From IMG/VR virus record IMGVR_UViG_3300045988_148808, positions 1 through 48,242 of that record: a stretch of DNA of 48,242 bases. The stretch is one strand, 5' to 3'. The DNA comes from a virus. Both the position numbers and the translations under genes were made by a program. The notes beneath the pieces were generated by a model that was given only the letters and a program-made list of their open reading frames with translations, did no database searches and was not told where the DNA came from. This document shows positions 43,653-48,242 of the stretch, piece after piece; positions within the stretch are counted from its first letter, which is position 1, and each line of letters begins with the position of its first letter.

Positions 43653-44081
43653 ATGACAGTAATTGCATGGGATGGGAAAACATTGGCAGCAGACAGACAG
43701 ATCACATCTGGTTACACAAAGAACAAACGGATAACGAAGATCAGGAAATATGGGAATGTGCTTTGTGGGGTGACGGGAGAAACAAAATATGCTGATGCTT
43801 TGTTTAAATGGGTAGAGGGCGGAAGAATCAAGGAGAGATTCCCGTCATTTAGCGACGACAATCAGGTCATGCTGGTGGTTATCGATGATAAAGACTTGAT
43901 CGAGTATTGGTCGTCGACCTTTGAAACAAAATATCCGCGTGATGAAAGAACATCATGGGGAAGCGGAAAAGAATTGGCTTTAGGCGCAATGGCGGCTGGG
44001 GCTGACGCAAAAAAGGCGGTAGAAATCGCCTGCGAATACGATCTGTATTGTGGAGGAGGGGTTGATGTTGTCGAAGCGTAA
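43653..44081 (+). CDS. HslV/proteasome-beta-like Ntn-hydrolase (142 aa)
   Basis: MTVIAWDGKTLAADRQ... has Thr after Met. ...TSWGSGKELALGAMAAGADAKKAVEIACEYD... matches the HslV-like motif layout. Confidence 0.65.
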   Translation: MTVIAWDGKTLAADRQITSGYTKNKRITKIRKYGNVLCGVTGETKYADALFKWVEGGRIKERFPSFSDDNQVMLVVIDDKDLIEYWSSTFETKYPRDERTSWGSGKELALGAMAAGADAKKAVEIACEYDLYCGGGVDVVEA

Positions 44082-44445
44082 TTTGTCAACAGAACGGGTG
44101 ACGAAAGTGGAGTTGATCCCGGATATCGCAGTCAAGAACAATGTTGTGTTCCAACTGAACTGCGATCTTGGTATCAAGGAATTTGCTGTCCAGTTGGGTA
44201 CATCAATGGGGGAAACAGTTGGTTATCTTATATTTAGCGGAGATGGGAAACACTTTGAAGCAACGAAGTTAATTTCTCAGGATGAGAAAGTGCCGCACAA
44301 ATTAACTGTGTTGAGAGGGACACTATGGTCTTACCCGGAAGTGATTTCAAATCAGAAATTAGCTTGTCTTTCAGAGACTGATCCGTATTTTGACTCTGAT
44401 TTATGGCGTAAATCAGTTGAGCAAGTGTGTTCTCATGAATTTTGA
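44065..44445 (+). CDS. hypothetical protein, partner of the HslV-like gene
   Basis: GGAGGAGG SD. Overlaps the HslV-like 3' end and overlaps the convergent ORF 44234..44737 by 212 nt, so it is uncertain. Confidence 0.4.
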   Translation: MLSKRNLSTERVTKVELIPDIAVKNNVVFQLNCDLGIKEFAVQLGTSMGETVGYLIFSGDGKHFEATKLISQDEKVPHKLTVLRGTLWSYPEVISNQKLACLSETDPYFDSDLWRKSVEQVCSHEF

Positions 44446-44737
44446 CGGTAATTGTGTCGATATTGGCTCTAACACCACCTTCCTGGCTGATGTAGTCCCA
44501 TCCGTCAGCAGTTAGTTCGGGAGGGAATGCGCAAGAGTATTTGCCATCTACACTTCGGATGATGTGACTGACAACAAGCCCTTTTTGCTCAAGATATTGG
44601 AGATTGACAATATACTTTTTCTGGTTTTCGTTGGCTTTTTCTTGGAACCACTCGACACTACCCATGTGATCTGGTGCGGTTTCGGCTAATTTTTGAAGAA
44701 TTTCAATGTAGTAATCTCTCTCTAATAGCGGTTCCAT
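44234..44737 (-). CDS. DUF2513-like wHTH protein with a C-terminal helical extension, co-oriented downstream of cI
   Basis: ...KKYIVNLQYLEQKGLVVSHII...PELTADGWDYISQEGGV... parallels the 4326..4703 product. Starts 3 nt after the cI stop. Confidence 0.6.
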   Translation of the reverse strand: MEPLLERDYYIEILQKLAETAPDHMGSVEWFQEKANENQKKYIVNLQYLEQKGLVVSHIIRSVDGKYSCAFPPELTADGWDYISQEGGVRANIDTITVKIHENTLAQLIYAINQSQNTDQSLKDKLISDLKSLPGKTIVSLSTQLICAALSHPEKLTSLLQSVSHLR

Positions 44738-44740
44738 ATG

Positions 44741-45457
44741 TCAGTTCCCGAAGTTCTTGAAATTCATCGGCAGGGCGCGCAACACTTTGCCAATGATTCG
44801 TGTTTCGTCTGGTTTTTCGCTCCAGAGCCAAGACGCATATTTTTCATTGTCAGATTGGACGAGAATATTTCTGCCTGCAAGAGAAAGTCTCTTACAAAGT
44901 AATTCACCACCGTGCAGAATGATATATATCCCTTCGCCTTTGTACTCAGTGGCGACTGTATCGACAAAAAGCAGATCATTCGGATTGATGGTGGGTACCA
45001 TGCTGTCTTTTGCAGCAAGAATGACCTTTATATTTCCTGCTCTATTCAAATTTCCGATTAATTCCTGTGCTGTTTTGCTGGACATGACCAGACGCTGAAC
45101 AATCTCAGGATAATCAGGATTAAGCAAACCAGTTCCACAAGCCGCACGAACATCGAGTAAATCGTAAACGACACTGTTTCCATATTTTGATGTACGTGGT
45201 ATCAGGTCAAGCGGCCCATCTTCTTGTTGTGCGTCGTCTTTTTGGTTGTTAGGGTACTTGGGTCCCAAGCCTGTTTCCAACCATAAGGCGTTTACTCCCA
45301 GTTTGGCCGCTATTGCGGCAACGTAAGTAGTTTTTTACGAGGCGCCGCTTTCAAGTTGTGAGATAGCAGATTGTTTTATGCCAACAGCATCCGCAAGCTG
45401 TTGTTGAGACAGCCCTTTTAAATTTCTTTCTTCTTTTAATCTTCGTCCAATATTCAT
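44741..45457 (-). pseudogene. cI: CI-type repressor (XRE HTH + S24 peptidase) with an in-frame TAA at codon 41
   Basis: MNIGRRLKEERNLKGLSQQQLADAVGIKQSAISQLESGAS-TAA(45335-45337)-KTTYVAAIAAKLGVNALWLETG... then ...AAKDSMVPTINPNDLLFVD...LCKRL. Confidence 0.85.
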
Positions 45458-45493
45458 ATGAGCATCCTAATACAAAAAATGATAAATATTTTG

Positions 45494-45522
45494 TTGACTT
45501 AAAATATAAGCATGCGCATAAT
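45494..45522 (+). promoter_or_regulatory. early-right promoter candidate (TTGACT-17 nt-CATAAT)
   Basis: -35 at 45494-45499, -10 at 45517-45522. The cro ATG begins 7 nt after the -10. The 12-mer AATATAAGCATG is repeated at 45503 and 45520. Confidence 0.6.
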
Positions 45523-45528
45523 ATAAGC

Positions 45529-45771
45529 ATGATTGCTCAATTAATAACCACCAAACTGATCGAAAAAGGATTCCGTCAAGAGGAAATCGCAAAGCACCTT
45601 GGCTGTACCCAGTCAAATGTGAGCTTGCTACATACAGGCAAGACGAAAAGTCCATCTTTCGATATTTGCTTGGCTTTAATCAAGTTGGCAAAAGAGAACG
45701 GTATCGAAGTACCGGGAATTGAATTTATGGAAAAAGAAGCCCGTGAACGGTCAGATATGGAAGAAAAATGA
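45529..45771 (+). CDS. cro: Cro-like HTH repressor
   Basis: Divergent from cI. ...KGFRQEEIAKHLGCTQSNVSLLHTGKTKSP... is an HTH. No SD or leader. Confidence 0.7.
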   Translation: MIAQLITTKLIEKGFRQEEIAKHLGCTQSNVSLLHTGKTKSPSFDICLALIKLAKENGIEVPGIEFMEKEARERSDMEEK

Positions 45772-45944
45772 AGTGTGTTTCGGGAAAGAACCATGCATAC
45801 GATGAAAAGGCCCTGATCCGGTACTTCATCAATGAAGGCTGGACAAGGCGATCAGCTGTTGAACTGGCACGAGGCATGATCGAACGCGGTTCGTACCTGC
45901 CGGATCACGAACATGCGAAGTATCTGAAACTGGAGGGGAAATGA
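45768..45944 (+). CDS. 58-aa hypothetical protein (below the ORF-track cutoff)
   Basis: Own translation: MKCVSGKNHAYDEKALIRYFINEGWTRRSAVELARGMIERGSYLPDHEHAKYLKLEGK. ATGA overlap with the cro stop. Confidence 0.4.
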   Translation: MKCVSGKNHAYDEKALIRYFINEGWTRRSAVELARGMIERGSYLPDHEHAKYLKLEGK

Positions 45945-46081
45945 CAGAAAAACTGACGGAATATCAGAACAGATTGATATCCGAAACATTGTGCAAGATG
46001 GTTCTGGACGGAGTAGCGCCGGACGAAATTAGGAAAAAACAGTGTTTCCTGTCAGAACAGATGACGAAACTGAATGCACCG

Positions 46082-46567
46082 TCATTTTCCGAGAATCTCT
46101 GTTCTGCAACCGTGGCAATAGAGGACGGGGAATCTGTTTCCGACGCTTCCCCGAAATTGTCTTTGCAAAACGGACTTGATCCCTTTATCGAAGCAGCTCT
46201 GGCAAATATAGTGGAAGGGCTCCGTCATGACTGGCGTTCCCGAATGGCTTTCTACTGGGGAGACATTACGCGCATATGCAAAGTTGCCGCTACCAGGGAC
46301 AGTCTCGACCAAAGAATATTTTTCCTTCTCCGAGATGGATTCGCGCAGTTTTCTCAGTTCCTCTGTTTTTTCGAGTATCTCTTTTTGCAAGGAAAGTATC
46401 GCGACTTGAGCGTCGATGAGCTGGTCTCCGAGCTGGAGAAAGGTAGCAATCGGTACCTCGGAGAGGCCGGAAGAGCGTATCGATTTAATTATTCCGATGG
46501 CGCTGCTGATTCCGGACAAGACACTGGCTCCGGTTGTGACCGCTGTGGCGACAGTAACAGGATCCAT
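46082..46567 (-). CDS. hypothetical protein: Gly/Ala/Ser-rich hydrophobic N-terminus, coiled coil, C-terminal zinc ribbon
   Basis: AAGGAG SD. MDPVTVATAVTTGASVLSGISSAIGII...LQKEILEKTEELRKLRESISEKEKY...YICQSCFDKG...LYCHGCRTE. Confidence 0.6.
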   Translation of the reverse strand: MDPVTVATAVTTGASVLSGISSAIGIIKSIRSSGLSEVPIATFLQLGDQLIDAQVAILSLQKEILEKTEELRKLRESISEKEKYSLVETVPGSGNFAYARNVSPVESHSGTPVMTEPFHYICQSCFDKGIKSVLQRQFRGSVGNRFPVLYCHGCRTEILGK

Positions 46568-46692
46568 TTTTAGGAACTCCTTTCGTGGAAGTTTGTTGTT
46601 TGGCGACACAAGCATAACACGTCAGGAGTTCCAACCAAACCACAGGTAATGACATGACTGGAAACGACAAAAAATGAAAAACATTATCAGTT

Positions 46693-46929
46693 TTATTGGA
46701 CGGGTTTTTCTTTATTACGCAATAGGGGGTTGCGTGCCGAGCCTTCGAAAAATTGTTTTATCTGGCGACCCAGTGATTCTAATTGGCTGTCGTTCACTCG
46801 CAGGGAAAAACAGAATAGAGGCGTGTAGATCAGTATTTCTGGCTCCCCCGTATCGGGATTTAACACGACCAGTGGATCATCAATAGATTCGAAAGAGACT
46901 GCAGGGAAGGTTATTTCTTCAGTTTTCAT
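46693..46929 (-). CDS. hypothetical 78-aa protein, first gene of the antisense cassette
   Basis: Start ATG 46929 behind AAAGGAA. MKTEEITFPAVSFESIDDPLVVLNPDTGEPEILIY... Confidence 0.5.
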   Translation of the reverse strand: MKTEEITFPAVSFESIDDPLVVLNPDTGEPEILIYTPLFCFSLRVNDSQLESLGRQIKQFFEGSARNPLLRNKEKPVQ

Positions 46930-47019
46930 GGGGGTTCCTTTCTGGAAAAAGTTTTTGGCAAAAGCCATTTTAACAGTTGGGAATCCCCGACAAACACAAT
47001 AAGAGTTTAGGAGATTCAG

Positions 47020-47349
47020 ATGTTGGCACCAAGCGAAGGCGAGCGTCTTAAAGGATCCGGAACGCAAGCCGTGCTCAGAAATAACCGAGAGTTTTATGAA
47101 AACGCTCTGCACGAATTGCGCCAGTATCTGATTCTGCTATCGGTCAACAAGGTGGATGTGTTCACGTTCGAGAACTTCCGTCAGCACTACCTACGAAAAG
47201 GACTTGAACCACCCTCCCATCACAACGCATGGGGCGCATTAGCCAGCAAAGCGGCAAAAGCGGGCGTAATCCAATGGACAGGGGAGCACATCCTGGCCAA
47301 ATCAGCCAGAACACACGGACATCCGGTCAAAATCTGGAGACGATCATGA
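47020..47349 (+). CDS. hypothetical early protein
   Basis: AGGAG SD. ...HHNAWGALASKAAKAGVIQWTGEHILAKSARTHGHPVKIW... Confidence 0.55.
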   Translation: MLAPSEGERLKGSGTQAVLRNNREFYENALHELRQYLILLSVNKVDVFTFENFRQHYLRKGLEPPSHHNAWGALASKAAKAGVIQWTGEHILAKSARTHGHPVKIWRRS

Positions 47350-47807
47350 AAAGGTCACGCTATCCCACACGGAGAATACTCGTCGTCAGCAATATCCAGC
47401 TGGACACAGCAATAAACGTTTTGAAAAACATCCCGATAGATTCGGCCAACCCGATTGAAATCAGGATCGGCGAACAAATCAAAAGCCGAAACAAGGACCA
47501 GAACGCTTTGATGTGGGCTGGTCCGCTTCGCGACATTGCGAGTCAGGCATACGTCAACGGTCAGACGTACTCGGCCGATGTCTGGCATGAGCATTTCAAA
47601 CGGGAATTTTTGCCGGAAGAAGCCGATACGGAACTTGCGCGGGAAGGTTATCAGAAATGGCGTTATTTGCCGTCAGGAGAACGGATTCTGAAGGCCTCAA
47701 CGGGCGATCTGACGACAAAAGGGTTCTCTATCTACCTCGAACAGATTTACGCATACGGGGCTTCCTTAGGCGTTCAGTTCGGCATTTCCGAAAGGATGTT
47801 TACATGA
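47346..47807 (+). CDS. ninB: NinB/Orf-family recombination mediator
   Basis: ...PIEIRIGEQIKSRNKDQNALMWAGPLRDIASQ... parallels lambda NinB (...RNRSLDQNRKLWACLGDVSRQ...). ATGA overlap with the upstream gene. Confidence 0.7.
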   Translation: MKRSRYPTRRILVVSNIQLDTAINVLKNIPIDSANPIEIRIGEQIKSRNKDQNALMWAGPLRDIASQAYVNGQTYSADVWHEHFKREFLPEEADTELAREGYQKWRYLPSGERILKASTGDLTTKGFSIYLEQIYAYGASLGVQFGISERMFT

Positions 47808-48109
47808 TCTATCGGAACCGGAAACTGCTTGATTTGGCAAAGTTTTCGCCCTGTTGCTTCGGGTGCGGACGTGTCAATGACGGAACCGTTGTAGCCGCTC
47901 ACAGCAACCAGTTGCGGGACGGAAAAGGAAGAGGAATCAAAGCGCATGATTTCCGTGTGGCCTATCTGTGCCATGACTGCCATATGGAAATCGACCAGGG
48001 AAGCAGGTTAAGCAAATCTGAGCGGGTTGAGATGTGGGAAGAAGCTCATCGAAAAACGGTTGAGTGGTGGTTTTTATCGGGGATTCTGAACGTGAAAGGG
48101 GAAAAATGA
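47804..48109 (+). CDS. DUF1364 (YbcO-like) putative nuclease
   Basis: ...SPCCFGCGRVNDGTVVAAHSN...AYLCHDCHMEIDQG... has a Cys/His pattern like E. coli YbcO. Confidence 0.65.
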   Translation: MIYRNRKLLDLAKFSPCCFGCGRVNDGTVVAAHSNQLRDGKGRGIKAHDFRVAYLCHDCHMEIDQGSRLSKSERVEMWEEAHRKTVEWWFLSGILNVKGEK

Positions 48110-48242
48110 GCGTCGAAGTAATGAAATGGGCTTTCGAGCAGGATTTGCCAGCCCGGGAAAAGTGGCTTCTGGTTTGTCTTTCAGACGGAGCAGCTCCGGA
48201 AGGGTTCGTGAGGCCGTCGAACGAATTTCTCGCAAAAAAAAC
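48106..48242 (+). CDS. 5' part of the junction-spanning wHTH ORF (continues at nt 86 of the circle)
   Basis: ATG 48106 overlaps the DUF1364 stop (ATGA). MSVEVMKWAFEQDLPAREKWLL... Confidence 0.65.
   Translation, partial: MSVEVMKWAFEQDLPAREKWLLVCLSDGAAPEGFVRPSNEFLAKK
48158..48242. repeat. Terminal overlap, identical to 1..85
   Basis: See feature 1..85. Confidence 0.95.

Noticed and set aside
45941-46573. 210-aa plus-strand ORF following the cro-proximal genes
   Set aside because: From about 46082 onward it is antisense to a better-supported minus-strand gene that has an SD, a coiled coil and a zinc ribbon, and it reads F/L-rich (FFLLRDGFAQFSQFLCFFEYLFLQ). Only its first ~47 codons look normal, so it is not called as a CDS.

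Overview
This 48,242-nt window is a whole phage replicon. Its last 85 nt repeat its first 85 nt exactly, so it closes into a circle of about 48,157 nt, from assembly of a circular or circularly permuted genome. The organisation is lambdoid-temperate with a contractile-tail late module. Rz/Rz1 spanins and lipoboxes point to a Gram-negative host. In map order: (1) a replication module with iterons inside the initiator gene (203-1734), small HTH/Zn-ribbon genes, RusA and a Q-like regulator. (2) A ~5.7-kb accessory island (4.3-10.0 kb) bracketed by two hicAB-type cassettes; it holds a structured RNA leader plus a KilA-N gene, a 514-aa lipoprotein and a D12-class adenine methylase. (3) Late genes at 10.06-33.1 kb: TerS/TerL, portal, MuF, protease/scaffold, decoration, major capsid, connectors, sheath, tube, frameshifted chaperone, tape measure, baseplate and fibre, with a two-gene insertion behind the spike. 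(4) A lysis cassette (holin, SAR endolysin, Rz/Rz1) split by an HNH homing endonuclease and a NrdD-tail mini-ORF. (5) attP (3' half of a tRNA-Arg(TCT)-like sequence with flanking arm repeats), int and xis. (6) An early-left operon with methylases, DUF2303, Gp157-like, SSB and Erf. (7) An immunity region with an HslV-like gene pair, a DUF2513-like gene, cI and cro. (8) Early-right genes: an antisense two-gene cassette, NinB and DUF1364. The most striking point is that several key genes are interrupted although the genome is otherwise complete. cI has an in-frame TAA inside its HTH. int is frameshifted in a region with two 7-nt homopolymers. A C5-methylase is 5'-truncated with its motifs spread over two frames. 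A single TAG separates a DUF5710-like domain from the protease/scaffold ORF. All family names come from my own recognition of motifs; no database search or computation was run.
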